The notes: generated by a model not told the origin, from the sequence alone. Shown: positions 1-18,427, numbered from the stretch's first letter. The stretch: DNA of 64,000 bases from Eledone cirrhosa (GCA_964016885.1 OZ024743.1:143840001-143904000); one strand, 5' to 3'. Numbers and translations are program-made.

Positions 1-329
1 ATTATCTGTCAGTTGTCTTCTCAAGCTAAATACTAAATAAATTATAACTCCAGATATGTCTTCCTCTATAGTTCTATAGTAGTATTTCAAATTTTAAAAA
101 CTCTATAACTGTTGCATTAAGGCAATATTTTTCTTACTCACACTCTCTCTATTGATTCTATTACGTTTTCGTATGTTCTCAATATTAGGGTATAAATATT
201 GAGTTTTCTCATAAGTTAATCACTACCTTGATTAAATCTTAACCATCTAACATATCAGGGTATGTCATGTATCATTTTATTTTATCTGATGGGGACGTAC
301 TGTTGAACTTGATTCAGTACCTCTGAAAT

Positions 330-3300
330 ATCATCATCATCATCATCAACGTTTAACGTCCGTGTTCCATGCTTGCATGGGTTTGGACGGGGGTTTTCCC
401 ACTTGAGGCAAGAGTGATTGTCTTGCTCGCATAGGACTGTCTGGCAGGTTTTCTACAGTTGGATGCCCTTCCTAACACCAACCACATTTACAGTGTGGGT
501 CTGGGAGGTTTTTACCGTGTTGCCTACACGGCCACAATACAGCATGGACTGTGTGTTTTTTTGTCGTGACACCTACACGATCTCATTTGTTTCGGCCTGG
601 ATGGTGTGGCACCAACATAACTTTACATAGAAGGGGCCGGTGTGGATGGGGTGGGGGTGGTGGGACGGGGGTGTATTTTGTTAGAGATGCCTACTGACTG
701 TGAGGTGTAAGTGTGTGAGGTCGGAGTTTATCAGCTCGTCCCAGGTTTTTCTGGGTCTGCCTATTCCGTGGCTACCGTCTATCTTTATTGCCCTGCACTT
801 TGTTATACAGCTATCGTCCTTCATGCGCATCACGTGACCATACCAACGTAGCCTTCTCTCTAGTAAACAACATCTGATCCCTCTTATTTCTAATTTTTTC
901 CTTAGTTCGTTTATGCTTTGTCGTTCACGTATATTACTATTACACATCCAGCAGAGCATGCAAGCTTCGTTTCTCTCTAGTCTGCATATATCCTCTGCAC
1001 ACAATGCCCAGGTCTCACTGCCATGCAACATTGCTGTTCGTATGCAGGCATCGTACAACCTGCCTTTCATTTTTAGGGAGAACCCTTTAGCGGCTAATAG
1101 TGGTATAAGCTCTCTGAACTTTTTCCACCCAGTTCTGACTCTAGCTACTGTACTTTCAGAGCACCCTCCCCCACTGCTGATTTTGTCACCCAGGTAACGG
1201 AAGCTGTCCACTATTTCTATAGAACCCTCTGCGCAGTTGAAAGAGCTAGTATTTTGTGGGCACTTGCTGCTACTTATTGCCCCAGAACACCGGCCACATG
1301 TAAAATCTATGTTCTTAGTTAGCTTACCTGTGATCCCACTACATCTTTTATGCACCCATACTTTGCATTTAGGACATAAAATGGAGTTTCTACCGACGCC
1401 TTTCCTACACACCGAGCACGACCATTTCCCAGAAGGGACCACCGCCTTATTTTCTTTCCTACAAACTAGAACTTTAGTCTTAGCCAGGTTAATTTTAAGG
1501 CCTTTTGATTCTAGGCCGTGCTTCCATGTTTGGAATTTCTTCTCTAGCTCGGCCATTGATTCAGCTATGAGCGTTAGATCATCTGCGTATAGGAGTTCCC
1601 ATGGGCAGCCGGTCTTGAACTCCACTGTTATAGCCTGGAGGGCAATAATAAATAGTAGGGGGCTAAGAACAGAGCCCTGATGAACACCAACTTTTACACT
1701 AAACTCTTCACTATATTCGTTGTTAATTCTAACCTTGCTGACTGTTTCTTTATACATGGCTTGTATAGCTCTCACAAGCCATTCATCAACACCTAGTTTT
1801 CTAAGAGCCCACCAGATAATAGAGCGGGGGACTCTGTCGAAGGCCTTCTCCAAGTCGACGAAAGCTAAGTATAGGGGTTTACTTTTAGCTAGGTACTTCT
1901 CCTGTAGTTGTCGTACAATGAAAAGAGCGTCTCTGGTACTTTTTCCTGACACAAACCCGAACTGCATTTCATCTAGATCAATTCGCTCTCTGATTAGTTG
2001 CGCTATTACTTTTTCCGTGACCTTCATGACCTGGTCGATTAATTTAATGCCTCTATAGTTACTCCTATCTAGGGCATCTCCTTTACCCTTATAACAGTTA
2101 ACGATAATGCTGCTACGCCAGTCCTTCGGAACAACCCCATTCTGTATGACTTGGTTGACTATCCGGGTGACCATGGTGTGTCCCACCGTACCAGATGCCT
2201 TCAGCATCTCGGCAACTATTTCCGAAGGCCCAGCCGCCTTGCCTGTCTTCATATCTTTGATTGCCTTACTTATTATACTACCCTCGACTAACACTGCTGG
2301 TCCCTCTATTGGGTCTATGTGGGGGAGACTGTCTTTCTCCCATTTATTCTCCTCATTTAGTAGCCTTTCATAGTGACACTTCCAAGCTACCTTCTTATCG
2401 GCGTCGGTGATGGCAAGTACGCCGTCATCGTTAAGTACACACTTCTCCCCGACAATATCACTGTTTTCCTTGACACATTGCCTAGCAATCCTGAACACCT
2501 CACGTTTTTGGTCCTCACGTTGTAGAACATGCTTGAACTTTCTTTCCTCTGCTTCCCTTCTTGCGAAGTACACTTGTCTCCTAGCTTCCCTCCTGGCCAC
2601 TTGATAGTCTTCTCTGCTTCCCCCATCCCGCCATACTTTCCAAGCCTGCTTTTTGGCCTTAATTGACCCCTCCACCTTACTGTTCCACCACCATGTTACT
2701 CTCCTCATGCCTACAGGCCTACTCCAGCCACAGACTTCGTCTGCCGCCGTCAGCAGGTTTGCTTTCAGGAATTCCCACTGTTCCTCTACCTTGTACGTCT
2801 CTAATTGCTCTTCCTCACTGTCGAAAGCATCAAGTAATATGCTTTGGAATTTATTTTTGGCTGTGGGGTCCTTTAGCTTCCATATTTTTCTCCTGAGGAT
2901 AGTCCTCTTCTGTTGTCTAGTACGTCTCGTCCTGACTATTAGGTCGCTAATTATCAGTCTATGTTGGGAAGTGCATTCTTCATGGGGGAGGGATTTAGTG
3001 TTTACGACAGTCACTTTGTCACGTCTTCTGGTAAGGATATAATCAACCTGGCTAGTATGTTCCCCTGATCTGTAGGTGATCAAGTGATTGTCTCGTTTTT
3101 TGAAGTTAGTGTTGCAGATAGTTAGATTATTTGCGTCGCAGAATTCCAGGATTCTGGAGCCTTCCTCATTTCTAGTACCAAACTCATAGCCTCCATGGAT
3201 TTCGGCGTAGCCGTCACAATGTTGTCCAACGTGACCGTTTAGGTCGCCTGCAATAATTATATAGTCACTGTCGGTTATTTGGGAGGTAGTGAGCATCAGT

Positions 3301-4130
3301 GTCTCATAGAATCTGTCTTTTATAGTGCTGGGAAGTCCGGATTGGGGTGCGTACGCGGATATTACTGTCACCGTAGTTCTATTGAGGACAAGTCTTATTT
3401 TAATTATTCTGTCGTTCACTCTATTTACGTCTATTATCTTATCTGCCCACTTTTCTGCTACCATGATTCCTACTCCACCCAGCCCATTGTCGTTTCCCAC
3501 CCAGAAAAGCTTATAGCATCGTTTTCTACCCACAATGTATCTAGCAGATCCACCCCTCCACCTGGACTCTTGAATACAACAAACATCGACCTCCTTACGT
3601 TCAAGCATTTCTACAACCTCGTTAGAGCGACCCTTTAAGGTGCCTACATTCAAGGTACCAAATCTGAAGTTTTGGATTGCGTTTGGGGGGTTGGAAAGGT
3701 GGGGAGCGGGGGGAGATGGGGTTATGTTAGTCATCCGCGGCCGAAACAAAGAGGCATGCTCGCATTCTCGTCCACGAGGTGTGATTGTCTTTAACTTTGG
3801 CATTGTCGCTGAGCATCCAGATTTTTCTCTCTTCAACTCTCCGGAACTCCGTAGTCCTTCCATCCTACACATCGAAGGCGACCAGGTAAACGATAGTATA
3901 GGCCTCTGGCTTATGATTGGTCCACGTACCGTATTTTTACAAGCATGACAGAAATACAAGAGATTTGTTTTGGAAAATACATGGGGAATGGAAAGAGGAT
4001 AGAAAAAATCCTATTGGAAGGACTAAAAATGCTGTTGGAAAGGACTATGGAGTTAGGCGTATGTTGGAAGAGATATGTATAATAAAATTTAATTGATCAC
4101 AAGAATATCTATTTTGTTAATATTTGAATT
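330..4130 (-). mobile_element. Near full-length RTE-clade non-LTR retrotransposon (LINE)
   Basis: Single long ORF with AP-endonuclease and RT; 3' UTR ~350-680 ends in a (GAT)n tail, seen as CATCATCAT at ~332-348. The 5' boundary is approximate and merges into a TA tract. Confidence 0.9.
681..3959 (-). CDS. RTE ORF: APE endonuclease + reverse transcriptase with inserted PHD finger
   Basis: APE motifs GTLNV, IQES, SAYAPQ, GDLNGHVG, VDYIL, SQHR. RT motifs [30 protein letters not shown]4HC3 finger. True start codon uncertain; C-terminus slightly shortened relative to the copy at 33.8-35.6 kb. Confidence 0.9.
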   Translation of the reverse strand: MYFCHACKNTVRGPIISQRPILSFTWSPSMCRMEGLRSSGELKREKSGCSATMPKLKTITPRGRECEHASLFRPRMTNITPSPPAPHLSNPPNAIQNFRFGTLNVGTLKGRSNEVVEMLERKEVDVCCIQESRWRGGSARYIVGRKRCYKLFWVGNDNGLGGVGIMVAEKWADKIIDVNRVNDRIIKIRLVLNRTTVTVISAYAPQSGLPSTIKDRFYETLMLTTSQITDSDYIIIAGDLNGHVGQHCDGYAEIHGGYEFGTRNEEGSRILEFCDANNLTICNTNFKKRDNHLITYRSGEHTSQVDYILTRRRDKVTVVNTKSLPHEECTSQHRLIISDLIVRTRRTRQQKRTILRRKIWKLKDPTAKNKFQSILLDAFDSEEEQLETYKVEEQWEFLKANLLTAADEVCGWSRPVGMRRVTWWWNSKVEGSIKAKKQAWKVWRDGGSREDYQVARREARRQVYFARREAEERKFKHVLQREDQKREVFRIARQCVKENSDIVGEKCVLNDDGVLAITDADKKVAWKCHYERLLNEENKWEKDSLPHIDPIEGPAVLVEGSIISKAIKDMKTGKAAGPSEIVAEMLKASGTVGHTMVTRIVNQVIQNGVVPKDWRSSIIVNCYKGKGDALDRSNYRGIKLIDQVMKVTEKVIAQLIRERIDLDEMQFGFVSGKSTRDALFIVRQLQEKYLAKSKPLYLAFVDLEKAFDRVPRSIIWWALRKLGVDEWLVRAIQAMYKETVSKVRINNEYSEEFSVKVGVHQGSVLSPLLFIIALQAITVEFKTGCPWELLYADDLTLIAESMAELEKKFQTWKHGLESKGLKINLAKTKVLVCRKENKAVVPSGKWSCSVCRKGVGRNSILCPKCKVWVHKRCSGITGKLTKNIDFTCGRCSGAISSSKCPQNTSSFNCAEGSIEIVDSFRYLGDKISSGGGCSESTVARVRTGWKKFRELIPLLAAKGFSLKMKGRLYDACIRTAMLHGSETWALCAEDICRLERNEACMLCWMCNSNIRERQSINELRKKLEIRGIRCCLLERRLRWYGHVMRMKDDSCITKCRAIKIDGSHGIGRPRKTWDELINSDLTHLHLTVSRHL

Positions 4131-4221
4131 AATATATATATATATGTATGTATAGATGTATGTATGTATATATGTATATATATATATATATGTATGTATA
4201 GATGTATGTATATATACATAT

Positions 4222-4812
4222 GTCAGGTCACCAGTTGGTGCTACTGGTAACATGTATCCCAGTACAACCTGTCTCATGGTCAGGTCGTTGGCGACTAAAC
4301 TGGCAACCCCTCCAACGTTTCTTGGTGAGGAGGGTGACTTTGGACATCCTGCAGGACTAAAAACAAAACCTGTCAAAGGGAAAAGGAGCTCTTAAGCGTC
4401 AATAGCCATCCAAAATCACTGGGAGAGATGACCCCTTAGCCTTTGTCAAGGAAAACTCTGATATAACACCTGCAACTCTGATGGTATCCAATGATGTTGA
4501 CTTGTTCTTCTTTTTGGTAAATATCATCTTGGTTAAGAGAGTGGGACTGGCTTTGTGCAGTGCCTTTGCTCACTATAAAAGCTTCACAGCACAGGCATTT
4601 CTTTACATCTGGAGATCTCTCTGCACTTGTCATCACATGGTACCATGGGCTCAGCACTATGTGTCAATAATTGTCACAAGTGTAGTGTTTGTACCAGAGT
4701 TTTCAAGTCGCTGGCTGGACTAAAAAGTCACACTTGTTCAGCGCTTCGGTAGGGGTTCTCCTACATGGATATAAAGTAGTGGCCGTACTCGAAAATGAGT
4801 TGGCAGCTACCA
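4222..4812 (+). mobile_element. Non-autonomous RTE-derived (bipartite) retroelement, full-length copy 1
   Basis: ~590 bp, near-identical to 32889-33495. RTE-like 5' UTR, C2H2 remnant and 3' stem-loop, embedded in (TA)n. Small internal deletion between AAGG repeats near 4450. Confidence 0.8.
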
Positions 4813-4913
4813 TATATATATATATATGTATGTATAGATGTATGTATGTATATATGTATATATATAATATGTATGTATATATGTATATGTATATATATAT
4901 GTATGTATATATG

Positions 4914-4958
<45 letters not shown>

Positions 4959-4985
4959 GTATGTATATATGTATGTATATATGTA

Positions 4986-5580
4986 TGTTATATCAGAGTT
5001 TTCCTTCTCCTAGAATTCTGCCTTGACAAAGGCTAAGGGGTCATCTCTCCCGGTGATTTTGGATGGCCATTGACTCTTAAGAGCTCCTTTGCCCTTTGAC
5101 AGGTTTTGTTTTTAGTCCTGCAGGATGTCCAAAGTCACCCTCCTCACCAAGAAACCTTAGTGGGGTTGCCAGTTTAGTCGCCAACGACCCGACCATGGGA
5201 CAGGTTGTACTGGAATACATGTTACCAGTAGCACCAAGTGGTGACCTGATGGTATCCAATGATGTTGACTTGTTCTTCTTTTTGGTAAATATCATCTTGG
5301 TTAAGAGAGTGGGACTGGCTTTGTGCAGTGCCTTTGCTCACTATAAAAGCTTCACGGCACAGGCATTGCTTTATATCTGGAGATCTCTCTGCACTTGTCA
5401 TCACATGGTACCATGGGCCTAGCACTATGTGTCAATAATTGTCACAAGTGTAGTGTTTGTTCCAGAGTTTTCAAGTCACTGGCTGTACTAAAAAGTCACA
5501 CTCGTTCAGCGCATCGGTAGTGGTTCTCCTACATGGATATAAAGTAGTGGCCGTACTCGAAAACGAGTTGGCAGCCACCA
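4986..5580 (+). mobile_element. Same RTE-derived element, copy 2, with inverted 5' half
   Basis: 4986-5249 is the reverse complement of the element's 5' half; 5245-5580 is the forward 3' half; CCTGA microhomology at the junction. Confidence 0.85.
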
Positions 5581-8981
<3,401 letters not shown>

Positions 8982-9045
8982 AGGAGTGAAGAGTGCTCTA
9001 TGTAAGTACCAGAGCAAAATTTAATGTATAATAAACAATACAATA

Positions 9046-9120
9046 TAATTACCTCATCACCAGAGGTTTCCCGAATAAGACGAATACGAAAAAAACGTCC
9101 TCATTCGGTCGTCGGACAAG
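9046..9120 (-). ncRNA. Candidate hammerhead ribozyme (CCGACGA core) in PLE terminus
   Basis: Minus strand reads CCGACGA, long stem II (CCGAAU..GACG/CGUC..AUUCGG), GAAA, stem III CCUC/GAGG, GUA. Stem I pairing is poor. Confidence 0.5.
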
Positions 9121-9165
9121 GCAATATAAAACAGTGAAATATTTGGAAAGTCTCCTCAAGAAATG

Positions 9166-9202
<37 letters not shown>

Positions 9203-9815
9203 AGTAATGCAAGAGATATATAAAATATATAAAAAAAATATAAGGAAATATAGTTAGGTGTGTGTATATGTATGTATATACACTCACAAATGTACATATG
9301 TATGTATGTACAAATGCGTGTGTATGGTGAAAATGTGTGCGTATGTACATATATGAGGGCAAGTATATTTGTGTATATGTAACCATAAATACGGATATAA
9401 TATGAGTTGAAAAAGAAAATGATAATATAGTTGACACATATCCAGAAACAGGTATTAGATACACATACGAGTATGAAAGCACGCGTATAAACACACACAC
9501 ACACATACGGTCACTTATATGCGGAAGATAAAGAGGGAAGGGAGTATAATAGTTAAAAGAAAGTGTCTTTCCCGATATATGTATAAAAATGAAACAATAT
9601 ATGAGAAAGAAAAACATTTTTAAATGAAAGAGAAAGTAGTCAATTAACACTAGAGAAAAGAAAAGAAAGAAAACAAAACAAACATAGGTACACGCGTACA
9701 TACACATATCTATAAAAAATATTTATACACGCAAATACGTACAGACAAAAGCGCATGCATGCGTACATACATACACAGGATGCACGTATATACATACATA
9801 TCGCCCAATGTATAT

Positions 9816-11070
9816 CTAATCCTTAACAGGATCCAGCCTGAGATGGAGAAGAAGCTCAGGGACAACCAGAACGGCTTCAGAGAGGGAAGATCAACCACCA
9901 GTCACATCCTGATGCTGAGGAGGATATTAGAGGGAGCTAGAGCAAAGTGCCTTCCTGCGGTCATGGTTTTCATTGACTTTAGGAAGGCCTTTGATTCTGT
10001 GGACCGTTACTGCCTGATGAAGATCTTACAGGCTTATGGAATCCCCAAGAGGATAGTGGACCTGATATCACTGCTCTACACCAACACCAAAGCCCAAGTC
10101 ATTACACCTGATGGGATGACAGAGTTCTTTGAGATACTGGCTGGAGTGCTCCAGGGAGATACATTGGCTCCCTACCTTTTTATCATCGTAGTGGACTATT
10201 GTATGCGCCTTGCACTGGAGAAACACCAGGACTCTGGCTTTACTGTAGCACCGGCTCAGAGCAGGAGAGTTGGGGCGAAAAAGGTATCGGATGCTGAATT
10301 TGCCGACGACATAGTTTTGGTGACAAATACAGTGAAGGAGGCAGAGGATTTGATGCGGGAGGTTGAGACTGTGTCGATGAGTGTGGGGCTGAGAATGAAT
10401 GAGACTAAAACAAAATATCTGGTAGAGAATGTTGAGAAGCCAGAGGGGATCACTAATGTAGGCGGGAAGCCGCTGGAATTGGTTGAGGACTTCCTGTATT
10501 TGGGAGCAAAGATTGGGAATACGGAAGATGATGTGGTTGAGAGGAAGAGCAAGGCCTGGGCGGCGTGCCACAGCTTGAGATCGGTGTGGAAGTCGGACCT
10601 TCGTAGAGACCTGAAAATCCGCCTCTTCATTGCTGTAGTGGAGTCTGTGCTGCTGTATGGGTCTGAGACTTGGACACTGACCAAGAGACTCACTCAGATG
10701 GTGGATGGGTGCTACACGAGAATGCTGAGGATGGCTCTGAACATTAATCAGTATACACTGAGGATGAAAAACTCAGAGCTGTATGGGAGCCTCCCAAAAG
10801 TCAGCTCAAAAGTGACACAGAGGAGACTGAGGTTGGCTGGACATGCTCACCGACATCCAGAGTTGACATTGCACTCAGTGCTCCTTTGGGAGCCCCTACA
10901 TGGACACACTGGAAGAGGAAGACCAAGGTTAACATATGTTGATGCCCTAAGGACAGACACTGGTCTGTTGGAGACGCAGGACATGGCAGCGATAATGAGG
11001 GACAGAGACCGCTGGAGAGAACTCGTCCATGGATCTCGGGAATTTTACCCGCCTTAGATAGATAGATAGA
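9816..11070 (+). mobile_element. 5'-truncated RTE-group LINE (second family) with (GATA)n tail
   Basis: Open RT frame to the stop at 11057 (FIDFRKAFD, GVLQGDTLAP, FADD, FLYLG), followed directly by TAGATAGATAGA; inserted in the PLE 3' UTR. Confidence 0.88.
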
Positions 11071-11074
11071 TATA

Positions 11075-11115
<41 letters not shown>

Positions 11116-11662
11116 GTACACATACAGACCCATACAAACAATACATATATACACACATACACACATACACATTCACGTACATTCACTCGCTTACACACAC
11201 ACACACACACATAAATATAAGAATGTAAAAAACATAGATGTAAAAACACAGATATAAAAACACACATACACACACATATATATACACGCACGCACGCGCA
11301 CATACGGAGACGTTCGTGTACATATACAGAACGTATACACACATAAAGACGCTCAGACACATAGATACAGAGTATAAAGCAGCCTTATGAATAAATGGGT
11401 ACAAATATAAAATCGGCTGCGAAACAACAGTAAATATCTGGAGTGGAAAACGCAAGTGACATGTATAATCAGGTAGTAAAGAAAATAGGGAAGTAAAATG
11501 TGGAATGTGAAGATATTAGGTAAGTGAATCGAAGAATAAAGGGGGGGGGGGTTACTGGTGGATGTGAAGTAAAAATAAAAATAATTAAAAATAAGGTTAA
11601 AAATGAAAGTAAATAAGAAAGAGTAGTCTTAAAAGAGAATAATTTAAGTGAAGAATAAGAGC

Positions 11663-13683
11663 TTATGGAGGATAAGTATCTGAAAGTGAGTTAAGTTTAT
11701 ATGAGCTGGAAAGCAAGTGTGATTTCATGTGTGGGCAACTGGTGAAAATTTCTGTCTTTGTATTTAGGCAGGTTTTTGGTGATTTAAGGTTTTGTAAAAT
11801 TCAATATTTTTCATTTATGCAGAGTGTGCATCTTTTTGTTCCTCTTGCATATTCTTTAGATTGGTTCAAAATTGACCAATCCAATTTATATTGGATACCT
11901 TGGTCTTTCAAATCCCATATTCTGCTAGCCAGAGCTGTTGTGAATCTTTTTTCTGGATGTCGGAAGGATGCGACATGTGAGTAATAACGCGTTTTGAATT
12001 TGTCTTGTGTCATACCCACATATCGTTCACTGGTGGCTGGTTGGTTGTTGCTGATGGTTGTCACTTTAGCCGCATATACAATGGTACCTTGTAATGGGCA
12101 TTCACTTTTGATTCTACAGGAGCAATTTTGATGTTCTCTGGGTGATTTTTTTTATTGATGATATAAGATTTAATAGGGGGACCGCAGGAGTAGCTAATTT
12201 TGACACAGTTTCTATTGAAGATCTTATAGTATCTATGTGTTCTAGGGAAATGTTTATCTAAGAGCTCTAGGAACTTTTTGCCTACATTAGTTTTAACTGC
12301 TAGAGAGTAGGGAGTGTGAACCAGATTATTTTTCTTTTCCTATTTTTATGTTTAAAAGAGTTAGTATAGTTGGGTATGTACTTAATCGGTTCGCTAAATC
12401 CACTATTTTGGAGGGCTTTATTATAGTAGGGGGATGCCTTATTGAAAATAGCTTCTGAGGAAGAGAGGGTGGAGATCCTACGGCTAATATTAGGGATAAG
12501 GTTTTTAAAAACTATAGGAGGATGGCAAGAGCCTTTATTTATATATTTTAAATTTTCATTAGGTTTATGGTATGGTTTATAAGAAGCAGTAGGCAAATCT
12601 AGGTTTATATCTAGAAAATTAACATTGGAAAGGTTAGTGTCAATAGTAATTTTAAGATTAAATCTAGAAAAGGTTTTTATTAAGTCTTTCCTTAATCTAT
12701 CTAAGTTATGGCCTATGGTGGTATTGGAAAGTATTAGACCATCGTCGCGATAAAGCCCAAAAATATGGTTAGGGAATTTTTCTTTAAGTGTGTGTAGGAG
12801 GAATAGGCCGACTAAATCACAAACATCAGCACTGTCAAAAGAGCCCATTGAGACATCGAATTGGCTCTCTGGGTTAGATATTTTTACCCAAGTGTCATTA
12901 TCAGTAAAGAGTAGAGTGTTTCTAGCGTGCAAGATGACATTCTCTTCAATATCAGAGATATTGGTAAACTTTCTAGCGAAATTTAAAGCTTTCGTTAAAA
13001 GAGTCTGAGTGATAGATGGGTAGAAATCTACAATGTCAAATTGGGTGAATCTAGAACTATTTTTATCTTTAATTTTATTAAACCAATGTACTACGGAAGA
13101 GCTATTTATCTATTGGAGTAATTTAGACTTACTTCTAATGTGTGTGTTTATATTATTTAAAAAATTTTTGCTGGCAAGACCGATATCAGTCTTAGCAGGG
13201 TTGATTAATCTACAACTAGGACGATTAATAAAGTCAGATTTGTGATCTTTAAGGGTGATATATGCATTACGTTTAGCAAGTTTTTCTGTCCAATTATTTA
13301 TTTTTAAAGAACTAGCTAATTCTTTAGTTTCCTTATTTATATTATGATACGTGTTTATATTAGCTATTTGGTATTTAGAGGTGATGTTATCTATTAATAG
13401 TTGGTCGTGTAAATTATTGTTAACTTCGTATAGGTTTTTAGTTTTGTGTCGGAGAAAATGAACTTATTTTTAGAAGATTTGAATATTGAAATATCATTAG
13501 ATAGTTTAGAATGAAAAGGGTTAGAGTACTTACGAAAATTGATATTGTTGATTAGATTAACTAAGTCTAGTTCAAAAGCGGTCATATCTTTTACTCTTTG
13601 CGGGTATTTATGGGTTTTAATGTCAAAATGTTCCGTAGAATCTGTGTTAAAGTGTCCATCGAGAATCAAAGCTTTCCATCTCA
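11663..13683 (-). pseudogene. Naiad-type PLE reverse transcriptase/GIY-YIG endonuclease, disrupted
   Basis: Motifs RWKA, KDHK, CRLINP, FDIVDFYPSI, MGSFDSADVCDLVG, GLYRDDGL, CSC..CPL, IVYAA..YVG, CTLC..CPH; contains frameshifts and stops. Confidence 0.88.
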
Positions 13684-14165
13684 GACTACTCTTTCTTATT
13701 TACTTTCATTTTTAACCTTATTTTTAATTTTTTAATTTTTATTTTTATTTTTATTTTTATTTTTATTTTTATTTTTATTTTTATTTTTATTTTTATTTTT
13801 ATTTTTACTTCACATCCACCAGTAACCCCCCCCCCCCCTTTATTCTTCGATTCACTTACCTAATATCTTCACATTCCACATTTTACTTCCCTATTTTCTT
13901 TACTACCTGATTACACATGTCACTTGCGTTTTCCACTCCAGATATTTACTGTTGTTTCGCAGCCGATTTTATATTTGTACCCATTTATTCATAAGGCTGC
14001 TTTATACTCTGTATGTATGTGTCTGAGCGTCTTTATGTGCGTATACGTTCTGTATATGTACACGAACGCCTCCGTATGTGCGCGTGCGTGCGTGTATATA
14101 TATGTGTGTGTATGTGTGTTTTTATATCTGTGTTTTTACATCTATGTTTTTTACATTCTTATTTT

Positions 14166-14212
<47 letters not shown>

Positions 14213-14287
14213 GCGAGTGAATGTACGTGAATGTGTATGTGTGTATGTGTGTATATATGTATTGTTTGTATGGGTGTGTATGTGTAC

Positions 14288-14331
<44 letters not shown>

Positions 14332-14465
14332 TCGCGTACGTACGTGTGATTAGATATACATGGGGCGATATGTATGTATGTATATACGTGCATCCTGTGT
14401 ATGTATGTACGCATGCATGCGCTTTTGTCTGTACGTATTTGCGTGTATAAATATTTTTTTATAGA

Positions 14466-16753
<2,288 letters not shown>

Positions 16754-16817
16754 GGTCAGTGAGGGGGTGGAAGCAATATACACACACATACCTTCATCCA
16801 CACATACATACACATAC

Positions 16818-16856
<39 letters not shown>

Positions 16857-17002
16857 CACACATACATACACACACACATATACATATACATACACACACA
16901 CACACACATATATACACATACACACACACACATATATATATATATATTACCAACCTCAATTTTCTCTATAACCTTCGTTTTGTGTAGAAAATTACACTTT
17001 TC

Positions 17003-17375
<373 letters not shown>

Positions 17376-17418
17376 GTACGTATGTGTATACATATATATA
17401 TATATATATATATGTACG

Positions 17419-17459
<41 letters not shown>

Positions 17460-17460
17460 G

Positions 17461-17516
<56 letters not shown>

Positions 17517-17519
17517 CAC

Positions 17520-17560
<41 letters not shown>

Positions 17561-17573
17561 CGTATGTGTGTAT

Positions 17574-17762
<189 letters not shown>

Positions 17763-17805
17763 GTATATATATATGTATTATATATATATGTATATATATA
17801 TATAC

Positions 17806-17885
<80 letters not shown>

Positions 17886-17921
17886 GTACGTATGTGTATA
17901 TATATATATATATATATGTAC

Positions 17922-17963
<42 letters not shown>

Positions 17964-18019
17964 GTATGTGATATATAGATATATATATATATATGTACGT
18001 ATGTGTATATATATATATT

Positions 18020-18055
<36 letters not shown>

Positions 18056-18057
18056 CG

Positions 18058-18101
<44 letters not shown>

Positions 18102-18113
18102 TGTATATATATA

Positions 18114-18263
18114 AAGAGGTCACAGAGTGTGTGACGAAAGAACTATGACAATATATAAACAACTATCTGTTGTGGAACCAACCAACCAGAAATTTATAAA
18201 TTTATAAATTTATTATTAATTTATTATAATAAATTGAAGTGAAAGCAACTGGTGCGTGTGTTT

Positions 18264-18267
<4 letters not shown>
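18114..18267 (+). mobile_element. PLE terminal-repeat fragment (family of the 27.1-28.7 kb PLE)
   Basis: Matches 32621-32790; begins inside the HHR core (AAGAGGTCAC). Confidence 0.8.
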
Positions 18268-18356
<89 letters not shown>

Positions 18357-18357
18357 G

Positions 18358-18418
<61 letters not shown>

Positions 18419-18427
18419 GTATATATA

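Noticed and set aside
913-3948. Plus-strand ORFs overlapping the RTE (and similar antisense ORFs over the other LINEs)
   Set aside because: Antisense shadows of the RT coding frame.
4222-4320. HDV-like ribozyme at the 5' end of the RTE-derived element
   Set aside because: A P4-like hairpin (GTCG-TTGG-CGAC), CTAA and a possible P2 (CCAGT/ACTGG) are present, but I could not assemble P1/P3/P1.1; needs a descriptor search.
4436-5425. Recurrent short ORFs (MVSNDVDL.., MLGPWYHV.., MTGFVFSP..) as a gene family
   Set aside because: They recur only because the same mobile element is repeated; no recognisable domain in those frames.
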